Below are positions 28,793 to 37,936 of a stretch of DNA of 58,659 nucleotides, piece by piece. The notes beneath the pieces were generated by a model. The model was not told the DNA's origin. It did no database searches and saw only the letters and a program-made list of their open reading frames with translations. The stretch is from the sequence record DRR723986_7683. One strand, written 5' to 3'. A program made the translations under genes and the position numbers. Position 1 is the first letter of the stretch. The number at the start of each line of letters is the position of its first letter.

Positions 28793-30229
28793 ATGAGTTA
28801 TATAGATCTGGGGATCTTTGTCGCCTACATGCTGGCTATGCTGGGAGTGGGGTATTTTTACATGAAGAAGAACTCAGGTCAGGAGGATTACTATGTGGGC
28901 GGAAGGAATATCGGCCATTGGCATATCGGGCTTTCGGTTGTAGCGACTGACGTTGGCGGAGGTTTCTCCATTGGGCTTGGTGGCTTGGGATTTGTGATGG
29001 GAATGTCTGGTTCCTGGATGCTTTTTACAGGACTTTTGGGCGCTTGGCTCGCAGCAGTAGTATTGATTCCACGAGTAAAGTCCGACCCAGCATTTGCTAA
29101 GTTTTTTACCTTTCCACAGATCATCGGTCATCTATACAATTCCACCACCGCCAAAGTTGCAGCCGTAATCTGCTTTCTCGGATATCTTGGTTTTACTTCC
29201 TCACAATTATTGGCAGGTGCCAAGCTCGCTTCAGGAACTTTCGAAGAGCTTGATCTTTCCTATGCGCTTTTGATCATGGGTGCAGTTGCGGTTGTGTATA
29301 CCGTGATGGGTGGACTGAAGGCTGTTATTTATACCGATACGATACAATGGATAGTTTTGATGGCAGGTTTGATGTTTATCGGAATCCCTATTTCTTACAA
29401 TTATGTAGGAGGCTGGGATGGTATTCAGAGCACTTTGCCCCAGGAATTTTTCTCATTTACTAATTTGACTTGGCAGGATCTTGCGAATTGGGGAATTACG
29501 ATTATCCCGATTTGGTTTGTGGGTATGACGCTTTATCAGCGGATTTTTGCCGCGCGTGATGTAAAGTCTGCAAAGAAGGCTTGGTTTATCGCCGGACTAT
29601 TTGAATGGCCTATTATGGCACTTTTAGGGGTTTCTTTGGGTTTACTATCCAGAGTAGCCGTAGAGCAGGGTGCATTGGAGGGGTTTACCACCGCGATGGA
29701 TCCGGAAATGGGGCTTCCGGTTTTGCTGAGCCAGATCTTACCAGCTGGTATTTTAGGATTGATGATGTCAGCCTATTTTTCAGCAGTGCTTTCTACGGCA
29801 GATTCCTGTCTGATGGCAGCCTCGGGAAACCTGACTACCGACATTCTTGGAAAATATTACACTTCAAAATCTCTTAAAGAAGAGATGAAAATCTCTCAGT
29901 TGCTCACTTTGGCAATTGGAATAGTAGCAATTATTATTGCTTGGCAGATGACGGAAGTTTTGAGTTTGATGCTATATTCCTATGCTTTTATGGTTTCTGG
30001 GCTTTTAGTGCCGGTGCTGGCAGGTTTGTTTTTCAATCAGACCAGTGCAAAAGCAGCCACTGCATCTATGATTACGGGAGGTTCCTTGACTGCAGGTTTG
30101 ATTATAACCGAAGTGTCACTTCCTTTTGGCTTAGATGCCAATTTATTTGGGCTCACGCTCTCTTTGCTGACGTTTTTGTCAGTGATTTATTTCGAAAAAA
30201 ATAACAGTTCAAAGTTAAAATCTATATGA
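28793..30229 (+). CDS. Sodium:solute symporter family protein (PutP-like)
   Basis: 'DYYVGGR', 'ATDVGGG', 'YTVMGGLKAVIYTD.IQ', 'YQRIFAA', 'SAVLSTADS'; about 13 TM; ATG 28793 preferred over TTG 28745. Confidence 0.92.
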   Translation: MSYIDLGIFVAYMLAMLGVGYFYMKKNSGQEDYYVGGRNIGHWHIGLSVVATDVGGGFSIGLGGLGFVMGMSGSWMLFTGLLGAWLAAVVLIPRVKSDPAFAKFFTFPQIIGHLYNSTTAKVAAVICFLGYLGFTSSQLLAGAKLASGTFEELDLSYALLIMGAVAVVYTVMGGLKAVIYTDTIQWIVLMAGLMFIGIPISYNYVGGWDGIQSTLPQEFFSFTNLTWQDLANWGITIIPIWFVGMTLYQRIFAARDVKSAKKAWFIAGLFEWPIMALLGVSLGLLSRVAVEQGALEGFTTAMDPEMGLPVLLSQILPAGILGLMMSAYFSAVLSTADSCLMAASGNLTTDILGKYYTSKSLKEEMKISQLLTLAIGIVAIIIAWQMTEVLSLMLYSYAFMVSGLLVPVLAGLFFNQTSAKAATASMITGGSLTAGLIITEVSLPFGLDANLFGLTLSLLTFLSVIYFEKNNSSKLKSI

Positions 30230-30666
30230 TCAAACTAGAAACTCTATCTACTATTGATAATGCGACTTATTTACAAAAAAATGAGATCGCAGATTTCCTT
30301 TTTGTCCACCTCGGTCAGTATGGTGATCCAAAGGAAGATATTATGAAGTGTCTGGACTATGCCTTAGACCAAAGTCTACATGCCGGTGGTTTTGTAGTAA
30401 TGGCGAGGGAGAATGATAAAATCCTAGGTGCACTTATCATGAATAAAACAGGTATGTCGGGTTATATTCCCGAAAATATCCTGGTTTATATTGCCGTAGA
30501 TGCAGCCCAAAGAGGTAAAGGAATAGGAGGGAAAATCATGGATATGGCTATTAAAATGGCTAATGGCTCCATCGCTTTGCACGTGGAACCAGACAATCCT
30601 GCGAAGAAATTGTATGAAAGAATCGGCTTTACAAACAAGTACCTTGAAATGAGGTTGACTAAGTGA
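30226..30666 (+). CDS. GNAT N-acetyltransferase
   Basis: 'LVYIAVD..QRGKGIG', 'LHVEPDNPAKKLYERIGF'; ATGA overlap with the symporter. Confidence 0.9.
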   Translation: MIKLETLSTIDNATYLQKNEIADFLFVHLGQYGDPKEDIMKCLDYALDQSLHAGGFVVMARENDKILGALIMNKTGMSGYIPENILVYIAVDAAQRGKGIGGKIMDMAIKMANGSIALHVEPDNPAKKLYERIGFTNKYLEMRLTK

Positions 30667-30667
30667 A

Positions 30668-31738
30668 ATGGCTTACCTGACATTAAATAGAGCTAAGCTC
30701 AAAGAGAACTTTGAGTTTCTCAAAAAGACCTTTGCAAAAAGCGACATCTCCTGGGGTGTCGTATCCAAATTGCTTTGTGGTAACAAACTTTTTCTCCAGG
30801 AATTAATAGACCTTGGAGTAAAGGAGGTTCACGACAGCAGGATTGGAAATCTCGAAATTGCTAAAGGTCTAGATCCCAATCTACAGACTGTTTACATCAA
30901 GCCTGTATCCAAAAGATACGTGCGTAAAATGGTTCAGTTTGCTGACGTCAGTTTGAATAGTGAGTTGGAAACTATCCGTTGGATAAGTCAGGAAGCCGTG
31001 AAGCAGGATAAGAAACACAAGATTATCATCATGGTGGAGACGGGAGATCTTCGCGAAGGAGTAATGGGTGAGCGATTAGTGGAATTTTATTCCCAAATCT
31101 TCCACCTTCCAAACATTGAAATCATAGGCTTAGGGACGAATTTGAATTGCCTAAATGGGGTAATGCCATCCACCGATAAGCTCATACAGCTGTCACTGTA
31201 CAAGCAGATTATTGAGCTAAAATTCAACAAGAAAATACCTTGGGTTTCTGCTGGTACATCAGTCACCATTCCATTGATGCTGACTCACCAATTACCGAAA
31301 GGAATCAATCATTTCAGGGTAGGAGAGACCTTATATTTTGGTCTTGATTTGTTTGAGGAAAAAGTCATCGAGGGAATGAACGGGGATGTTTTTGAACTGC
31401 ATGCGGAAATCATTGAAATGCAGGAAAAGCCGCTTTTACCCGTTGGTAATCTGGCTGCTAACCCACAAGGAGAGACTGCTGAGATAGATGAAACGCTGTA
31501 TGGACAAAGTTCTTTTAGAGCAATCATTGATATAGGCTTGCTGGATGTAGATCCAAAATACCTAATTCCTGCTGATGGGAATTACGAGATTTTGGGAGGT
31601 AGTTCTGATATGTTAATTATCAATTTGGGCGAAAACCCACAGGGGTATAAAGTTGGTGATACCTTGAATTTCGATATGAAATATATGGGTGCACTTAGTC
31701 TGCTAAATTCGGATTACATAGACAAGAAAGTTATCTAG
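30668..31738 (+). CDS. Alanine/ornithine racemase family PLP-dependent enzyme
   Basis: 'GVVSKLLCG' PLP Lys, 'DSR', 'MVETGDLREG', 'GTNLNCLNG..P', 'NHFRVGE', 'GGSSDM' (YhfX/Orr-like fold III). Confidence 0.85.
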   Translation: MAYLTLNRAKLKENFEFLKKTFAKSDISWGVVSKLLCGNKLFLQELIDLGVKEVHDSRIGNLEIAKGLDPNLQTVYIKPVSKRYVRKMVQFADVSLNSELETIRWISQEAVKQDKKHKIIIMVETGDLREGVMGERLVEFYSQIFHLPNIEIIGLGTNLNCLNGVMPSTDKLIQLSLYKQIIELKFNKKIPWVSAGTSVTIPLMLTHQLPKGINHFRVGETLYFGLDLFEEKVIEGMNGDVFELHAEIIEMQEKPLLPVGNLAANPQGETAEIDETLYGQSSFRAIIDIGLLDVDPKYLIPADGNYEILGGSSDMLIINLGENPQGYKVGDTLNFDMKYMGALSLLNSDYIDKKVI

Positions 31739-31808
31739 AAATTGGTTCTGAAAAATCATTTGGCATGGTCGTGGGAATACAGTTGGGAAAACCAACCAGT
31801 ATTTGACT

Positions 31809-32402
31809 ATGAAAAAAGTAGTGTTATTTATCGCCCTTGGACTAGGAATGGTCCAACTTTCTCAAGCACAATCCTCAGAAAAACCAGGTGGATTTGGAGT
31901 TCGAGGTGGAGCCAGCCTTTTCAATTTTAGCGGGGATGATGTTTCCGAAAATGATTACACCAATCGTGTAGGGTTCCATGTAGGTGGATACACAATGTTA
32001 TTTATGACGGATCGTCTAGCTCTTGAGCCAGGTGTGTATTACTCTGTGAAAGGAACTCAAAATGATGACTTTGCAGATAGTCGCGCAATTTTAGGCTATG
32101 TGGATGTTCCGGTTCTATTTAGATTATATCCTGCGGAAGGATTTAATATTTTCGCAGGTCCTCAGATTTCATTTTTGCTTAATTCAAAATTTGAGGGTGA
32201 TTTCTTTGGGAACACGATTTCCTATGACTCTGATGCGATCAAAGAAACAGACTTTGGAGTAGCGATGGGTGTAGGATATAATCTACCCAAAGGATTTAAT
32301 GTACAGGCATCTTATGATTTGGGGTTAACTCCGATTTTCAAGGATAGTGATGCAGATGTGTACAACAGAGGATTCAAATTATCCGCTGGCTATACTTTCT
32401 AA
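31809..32402 (+). CDS. Porin family / OMP beta-barrel protein (PorT-like)
   Basis: Signal peptide, 'FGVRGG', 'GFHVGG', 'YVDVPVL', 'AGPQISFL', terminal 'AGYTF'. Confidence 0.85.
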   Translation: MKKVVLFIALGLGMVQLSQAQSSEKPGGFGVRGGASLFNFSGDDVSENDYTNRVGFHVGGYTMLFMTDRLALEPGVYYSVKGTQNDDFADSRAILGYVDVPVLFRLYPAEGFNIFAGPQISFLLNSKFEGDFFGNTISYDSDAIKETDFGVAMGVGYNLPKGFNVQASYDLGLTPIFKDSDADVYNRGFKLSAGYTF

Positions 32403-32420
32403 GGAATAATTTAGTAATGT

Positions 32421-32457
32421 AAAATGCCTCCGACTTTAAATCGGAGGCATTTTTTTT
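32421..32457 (+). terminator. Intrinsic terminator, possibly bidirectional
   Basis: AAAATGCCTCCGA-N7-TCGGAGGCATTTTTTTT. Confidence 0.85.
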
Positions 32458-32658
32458 GGTGATATTTAACCGAAAAGATCAAAAAGGGGACGTAGAGTTC
32501 GCAGCTTTGGAATAGGAAATGTTCAGTGCGGTGGGTGTGAGAGAAGGCTAATTTCCTCCGTCCGATTTGCCGTCGATGAATTTTCTGTCTTATACTAAGA
32601 AGATAGAAAAGCATTTAAAAATTTTTATAGTCAACGGGTTCCCTGCATCTGCCATAGG

Positions 32659-33756
32659 TTATCGGGCTTCCTTCATCCCATTTATCCAATCCTTGATCAG
32701 CTGAACACCTTCTTTGTGGACAGTCGTTCTACCAAGTTCAGGCATTGCGATCCCAACTTCCGTGGAATTCATACGATGGGTAATAATGGATTCATCTGCC
32801 TTGCCTGGAACGATGTCAAAATCAAATGTTCCTGCGCCATTGCCCGCAGCAACGGGGATTTTATTAATTCCAAGTTTTCTTGGATCCGTTTGATCGTAAG
32901 TAAGGAAAAGCCCAGAGGTACTGGCAGGGCCTTCTGCGCTGTGACAATGTGAGCAATTAATATCTAAGTATGCCATTGCCCTGTCATTCAAAGGAAGGTT
33001 CTTGTCTTCGTAATTGATCATGGCAGGATGAGCGTTCTTCCCCTCAAAACCTTCTAGTTTTCCCAGTTCTGTCCAATGAGCAAGTTGATTTGACTCTCCT
33101 GAAGTGTATTCCAGCTCATTATTTAGATGCTGAACTTTTACGCCAATTGGAGCCAGAGTCTCATTCTTATTGTGGCATGTTTTACACTGGTTCTTGTTAG
33201 GAACGATGTAATTGATTACCTGGTCTTTTCCCGTAGCATCGGTGAATGAGACCTCCATTTGTCCTCCTACTACTTTTAGGATTGCTTCCGTCTGACTTTC
33301 ATTCCAGATGTATGGATAGGCTACCCAACCATTCTTTTCATTGATCAGTAACCTGGTCTCAATAATTCTTCGGATACCTTCAGGTTTTCTGAAGTCTACT
33401 GGATAATAAAAATTCTTGATTAAAATGGTGCCTTTTGGAAAATCAAACTCATTTGAGGTCAAAGTGGCTTTTTCTCCCTCCGGAAAGAAAATATAGCGAC
33501 TTTTGAGTGCGTAGTCAGTAAAAAGCGAAGAGGCAGGTTTGTAAGGTACAACGTCTTTTATTGGAGATAACTCATTTAACTCTCCTGTAAAGAATCCGTA
33601 GGTCGAAAGCCTTCCATAGGGGTAATTCCCATCTGCCAATTCTTTTTCGGGCACTGGATCTTCGTTATTGATTTTGGGCTCGGTTTTGCAGGCAACCATG
33701 AAAATCGTGATCGCTAGGAAAAGGTGGACTCCCCAGAAAATGGAACTACTTCTCAT
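32659..33756 (-). CDS. SO2930-family diheme c-type cytochrome lipoprotein
   Basis: Lipobox 'MVAC'; LFTDYALKSR, FPKGTILIKNF, IETRLL; two CxxCH motifs (CKTCH, CSHCH); 'MPELGR..VH.EG'. Confidence 0.85.
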   Translation of the reverse strand: MRSSSIFWGVHLFLAITIFMVACKTEPKINNEDPVPEKELADGNYPYGRLSTYGFFTGELNELSPIKDVVPYKPASSLFTDYALKSRYIFFPEGEKATLTSNEFDFPKGTILIKNFYYPVDFRKPEGIRRIIETRLLINEKNGWVAYPYIWNESQTEAILKVVGGQMEVSFTDATGKDQVINYIVPNKNQCKTCHNKNETLAPIGVKVQHLNNELEYTSGESNQLAHWTELGKLEGFEGKNAHPAMINYEDKNLPLNDRAMAYLDINCSHCHSAEGPASTSGLFLTYDQTDPRKLGINKIPVAAGNGAGTFDFDIVPGKADESIITHRMNSTEVGIAMPELGRTTVHKEGVQLIKDWINGMKEAR

Positions 33757-35048
33757 TACATTTCAGCTAAAGAGGCAACATTGGTTTTTACTGGGGCAGA
33801 GCAATTTTGAAATGGGGTCACATCTGCAAAAGCTTTGATATTATCTTCTCCTTCGCTTAGATCAAACCTAGTGAAAAGAAGGTCATTCATATTTTTCTCT
33901 GACAGACATATGTTCATAGGATTGGTGGAGATATCCTTGCTGATCGACTCATCCCAAATGCCATCGTAAATAATGTCCTGTGTTTTGGCTTTGCCATGGG
34001 CATTATAGATACTGATCAACTGCCCAAGTTCCCTGCTTAGATCTGGGAAACCTTTTGTACGGTCATATTCATTGTCATGAATGTAAATGTCGCTGGTAAA
34101 AGGTGACCAGTTTGGGGCTTCGCTTGGGAAACCAGTGATTTGATAGCTGGCAATAGCCACCCCCGTAGTCTTGTTGCGAAGGATGCGGTTATTGTAGATT
34201 TCCACTTCTTTTGCTGCCAAAAGGATAACGCCAGATCCGGGAGGAATCATCGTTACGGTATTGCCATTTGCTCCTTCGCCAGTGGCGGTTGCAAAGTTTT
34301 CATGGTTGTTTTCGATGATGTCGTTATCGTAGATTTTTGTTTTAACTCCGTCTGCTTTTGGTAAACCTGGAAGGTTGAAAACCAGAATTCCGCCTGCATT
34401 ATCACGTGCTACATTTCCAAAAACTTCTGCATTGTCACAGTTTTCGATTTCTATTCCGGCCACATTTCCGAAGGCAAGAGAGTTTTTTACAACGATATTT
34501 TCAGACTGACCTACATAGATTCCTGCATCCCGGGAGTGAGAAGCGATTACCTCGTCTATCATCACGTTCTTGCATTGCACTGGATAGATCGCGTATGTAC
34601 CGTTTTTGGACTTATCGCCGTTTGTCCAAGTGACGTTGATCCGACGAAAAGTAATTCCATCTGTATGCTGCACTTTGACTCCATCACCAGGCGCATCCTC
34701 TACTGTGAGATCTTGGATGGTGATATTATTACCAACTAGCTTGATGCCTTCACCTCCCGTAGTGAGGTTTTTAAAGGAGAGAACTGTTTCCATCAGCCCA
34801 GCTCCTTTGATTGTGATATTTGACTTATTGTCAATAATCAGCTGAGTATTTAACTCATAGAATCCACCAGGGATCTCAATCGTCGCCCCATCCTCAGCCA
34901 TGATAAAATCTTCAATGACTTTTTCCGTTTGCTCCTGAGTCATTCTAGGAAGTTCAGAACTGTCAAAAGTCTGTTCATTAGAAGAGCTGCTGCAGCTAAA
35001 TCCAATAATAGTAATGCTAACAAGTGCGAGGTATCCAAGTAGTTTCAT
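33756..35048 (-). CDS. Parallel beta-helix repeat lipoprotein
   Basis: Lipobox 'GFSC'; 'NG.YAIYPVQC', 'DAGIYVGQS', 'NVAGIEIEN', 'GGILVFNLPGL'; 1-nt overlap with the cytochrome gene. Confidence 0.85.
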   Translation of the reverse strand: MKLLGYLALVSITIIGFSCSSSSNEQTFDSSELPRMTQEQTEKVIEDFIMAEDGATIEIPGGFYELNTQLIIDNKSNITIKGAGLMETVLSFKNLTTGGEGIKLVGNNITIQDLTVEDAPGDGVKVQHTDGITFRRINVTWTNGDKSKNGTYAIYPVQCKNVMIDEVIASHSRDAGIYVGQSENIVVKNSLAFGNVAGIEIENCDNAEVFGNVARDNAGGILVFNLPGLPKADGVKTKIYDNDIIENNHENFATATGEGANGNTVTMIPPGSGVILLAAKEVEIYNNRILRNKTTGVAIASYQITGFPSEAPNWSPFTSDIYIHDNEYDRTKGFPDLSRELGQLISIYNAHGKAKTQDIIYDGIWDESISKDISTNPMNICLSEKNMNDLLFTRFDLSEGEDNIKAFADVTPFQNCSAPVKTNVASLAEM

Positions 35049-35275
35049 GGGGCGTTAATTGATTGAAATAATTCCTTCAAAGCTAAGGACATGGGGAAGC
35101 TTATGCCTTGACTTTTGTCAAAAAATAGAATTATGACTTGTTAATAATCAATAAAGCAGTCAAATAATGCTTGTGCCACAGGAATTAACCATGATTATTC
35201 GTTTATCGAAACACTGCTATAACAACCTGAGAAGTACTGTTAAATGCGTAAGCTTGGTGGGGATTTTTGGTAGTT

Positions 35276-36175
35276 CTAAAATTCTTCGTCAATCAATTCC
35301 TTATTACAAGCAGCACCAGCCATAGTTCCAGATGATACCGCAAATGCCACTGATCGGAACATGTTGGTATTGTCTCCACAAGCAAAAACTCCTGGTACAG
35401 TCGTTTTTTGAAGCTGGTCTACTTCCAGATATCCATTGCTTTTCAGCTCACAGCCAAGGGCTGCAAGGATCGAAGAATTTTGTTCAAAATCGGGTTTGGC
35501 ATATAATGCTTTCACGGAAACTAAGCTCCCATCTGCCAATTTGATACATTGAATTTGCCCTTCCTGATGCTGGATTTCTTCAATTTGAGTTTCGAGGATT
35601 TTGACATTTTTGGACTCAAGTGAAGATTTTTGTTCTTTGGTGAGCGTAGATTTTCCGTTGGTGAACAAAGTCAAATCTTTGGTCCAGTTCGTAATCATTT
35701 TACCAAACTCAAAACCGAATTCTCCATTTGCCAAAATACCCGTTCGTTGGTTTCTGACTTCATATCCATGGCAGTATGGACAATGGATGACAGAAATGCC
35801 CCAACATGCTTCTAAACCTGGGATTGGCGGAAGAATGTCTTTTATTCCACTAGCGAAAATCAGCTTTTTACCTTCAAATAGTTCTCCTTTTCCGGTTTTG
35901 ATTTCAAAACCTGAATGAGTCTTTTTTCCCTCGACTGCCATTCCATCAAGAAAAGTTACGGTATCATATTTTGCTACCTGATCTTTACCTACAATTGAGA
36001 TTTCGGCGGGAGTACTTCCATCCTGTGTTAAAAAATTATGGGAGTGAGGAGTTTGGCGATTGCACGGTTTGCCCGCGTCGATGACCAAAACTTTTCGGAG
36101 AGATCTGCCTAGTGTCATAGCAGCAGAAAGACCTGAATAACTTCCACCTATAATTATTACATCGAATGTGCTCAT
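35276..36175 (-). CDS. Thioredoxin-reductase-like NAD(P)/FAD-dependent oxidoreductase
   Basis: DVIIIGGSYSGLSAA, HCPYCHGYE, T.VPGVFACGD; start MSTF at 36175 (ATG 36241 lies upstream of the -7 box). Confidence 0.9.
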   Translation of the reverse strand: MSTFDVIIIGGSYSGLSAAMTLGRSLRKVLVIDAGKPCNRQTPHSHNFLTQDGSTPAEISIVGKDQVAKYDTVTFLDGMAVEGKKTHSGFEIKTGKGELFEGKKLIFASGIKDILPPIPGLEACWGISVIHCPYCHGYEVRNQRTGILANGEFGFEFGKMITNWTKDLTLFTNGKSTLTKEQKSSLESKNVKILETQIEEIQHQEGQIQCIKLADGSLVSVKALYAKPDFEQNSSILAALGCELKSNGYLEVDQLQKTTVPGVFACGDNTNMFRSVAFAVSSGTMAGAACNKELIDEEF

Positions 36176-36200
36176 TCCGCTTGAAAAGTTGTTGTATGGG

Positions 36201-36253
36201 CAAAGGTAAAAAAAGCTTTCATTTATGCAATAATGTTGCATAAATGAAAGCTT
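36201..36253 (-). promoter_or_regulatory. Promoter (-7 box TACCTTTG) with an adjacent 41 bp perfect palindrome (operator and/or terminator)
   Basis: AAGCTTTCATTTATGCAA-TAATG-TTGCATAAATGAAAGCTT at 36213-36253; Bacteroidota TAnnTTTG box at 36208-36201. Confidence 0.65.
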
Positions 36254-36281
36254 AAAATTTATGTATTAAACCCTGTCTTTC

Positions 36282-37004
36282 TTATGGATTCGTTGACCAG
36301 AACTCCACGTTTTTCACCAAAGCTCTTTTTGGAAGTTTCAAATGTGATATGAGCAATTCTGCGAAATCTTCGGGTTGCAATACCTTGTCCGGATTCCCAT
36401 CTGTCAGGTTATTGTCCATAGCTAGGTCAGTAGCTATGGTACTTGGGCTCATGCTGAATACACGGATGTCTGATTTTCTGACTTCCATCATCAATGATTC
36501 TGTCAATCCGTTCAACCCAAATTTGGAAGCACTGTATGCACTTGTCATCGCATTTCCTTTTTGCCCAGCAGTAGAGGATACGTTAACTATATCACCGGAT
36601 TTTCTCTCAAGCATTCCTGGAAGAACTTCGTGGATCACATAATAAACCCCGAATAGATTCACCTTAACGATATTTTCCCATTCGCTTACTTCCAGATCTA
36701 GGAAATTGCCAAACTTCCCAGTTCCAGCATTATTTACCAAAATATCAGGAACTCCGAGTTCCGAAATCAGAGAAGCAATAGCGGTTTTGATGCTTGAAAA
36801 ATCAGATTGATCAGCGACAGCTATTGCGACTTTCAACGAGGAGTCAATTGAGGCGACTTCTTCCTTAACCTGTAATAAATCTGATTCTGTCCTGGATAAT
36901 ATCGCCAGATGAACTCCTTCCTTTGCCAGCGCCAAAGCAATTGCTTTTCCTAATCCTTTTCCTGCGCCAGTGATCAGCGCTACTTTTCCTTGTAGTGATT
37001 GCAT
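36282..37004 (-). CDS. Short-chain dehydrogenase (3-ketoacyl-ACP reductase-like, YoxD-like)
   Basis: TGAGKGLG, NNAG, SS, YSASK catalytic motif. Confidence 0.9.
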   Translation of the reverse strand: MQSLQGKVALITGAGKGLGKAIALALAKEGVHLAILSRTESDLLQVKEEVASIDSSLKVAIAVADQSDFSSIKTAIASLISELGVPDILVNNAGTGKFGNFLDLEVSEWENIVKVNLFGVYYVIHEVLPGMLERKSGDIVNVSSTAGQKGNAMTSAYSASKFGLNGLTESLMMEVRKSDIRVFSMSPSTIATDLAMDNNLTDGNPDKVLQPEDFAELLISHLKLPKRALVKNVEFWSTNP

Positions 37005-37100
37005 GGTTTTGTGTTAATCAATATAAGATACAAAAACAGCTGGCAGGGATTTGAGTTCAGCGGGAGGGATATTTCTTTTTACAATCTTAAAATGTTCGAG

Positions 37101-37835
37101 TTATTTCTTCTCAAACATCTCTTCCGTATAATCCAGCAATTCCGTCCCACCAATTTTGCCATGCCCTGGAATCACAATAATAATTTCCGGAAAAGTTGAT
37201 TTAACTTTTAGCACTGTGGCTGACCATTTGCCGACGTTAGCATCTTCTAAATTGCCATTTCCAGCTCCTAGCGCTTTGATCATACAGCCTCCGAAAAGCA
37301 CCTTGTCGGAAGGAACATAGGACACAAAATTGTCTTTGGTGTGCCCTTCCCCCAGAAATTGATTTATCACGTTAATTTTTCCAGCTTGAAGATTAAGTCT
37401 CTTTTTGAAACCAATTTGAGGAAGCGGATATCCTGCATTTTTTGCCAATGCTATGGTTTGGTCAGAGGCATAGGATGGGATTTTTCTGGAGTGAAACTCG
37501 TCCAGCCCTCCCAAGCAATCCCAATGGAAATGTGTAGCAACTACTCCTTTGACTACTGTTTTCTGATCGTTTTCAAGCCAGTTAATCAATTCTAAACTTG
37601 CTTCCTCATTGGCTGGCGTGTCAAAAACCAGTGCTTCCCCTTCATTGATTACGATCATCCCATTGCAGGCCACTTTTCCAAAATCATTGGTATTTAGGTA
37701 GCTAATATGAACAAAGGTGTTTGGGCTGATCTGTTCGATTTGTAGAGTCTCAGATTTGTAGACAAAAGAATTTTCTTGGGCAAAAAGAACTGAGATCCGG
37801 AAAAACAATAGGAAGAAAAAGACAAAGGATTTCAT
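37101..37835 (-). CDS. bla: Subclass B1 metallo-beta-lactamase
   Basis: Signal peptide; 'CNGMI', 'DTP', THFHWDCLGG (HxHxD), GHTKDN, FGGC, GNL.DA, PGHG; start 37835 preferred. Confidence 0.88.
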   Translation of the reverse strand: MKSFVFFFLLFFRISVLFAQENSFVYKSETLQIEQISPNTFVHISYLNTNDFGKVACNGMIVINEGEALVFDTPANEEASLELINWLENDQKTVVKGVVATHFHWDCLGGLDEFHSRKIPSYASDQTIALAKNAGYPLPQIGFKKRLNLQAGKINVINQFLGEGHTKDNFVSYVPSDKVLFGGCMIKALGAGNGNLEDANVGKWSATVLKVKSTFPEIIIVIPGHGKIGGTELLDYTEEMFEKK

Positions 37836-37883
37836 TGATTGAAAGCAATAAGTGAAAGTAAATGACATGTTTATTCAAAACAA

Positions 37884-37913
37884 AATCCCAGCCTATTTTC
37901 ATAAACTGGGATT
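37884..37913 (-). terminator. Putative intrinsic terminator
   Basis: AATCCCAG / CTGGGATT stem followed on the minus strand by TTGTTTTG. Confidence 0.5.
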
Positions 37914-37936
37914 GGTAGAGCCTATTTCATTAAATA

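Noticed and set aside
36176-36241. N-terminal extension MQHYCINE... of the oxidoreductase
   Set aside because: Overlaps the palindrome and the -7 promoter box; the Rossmann motif begins just after the Met at 36175
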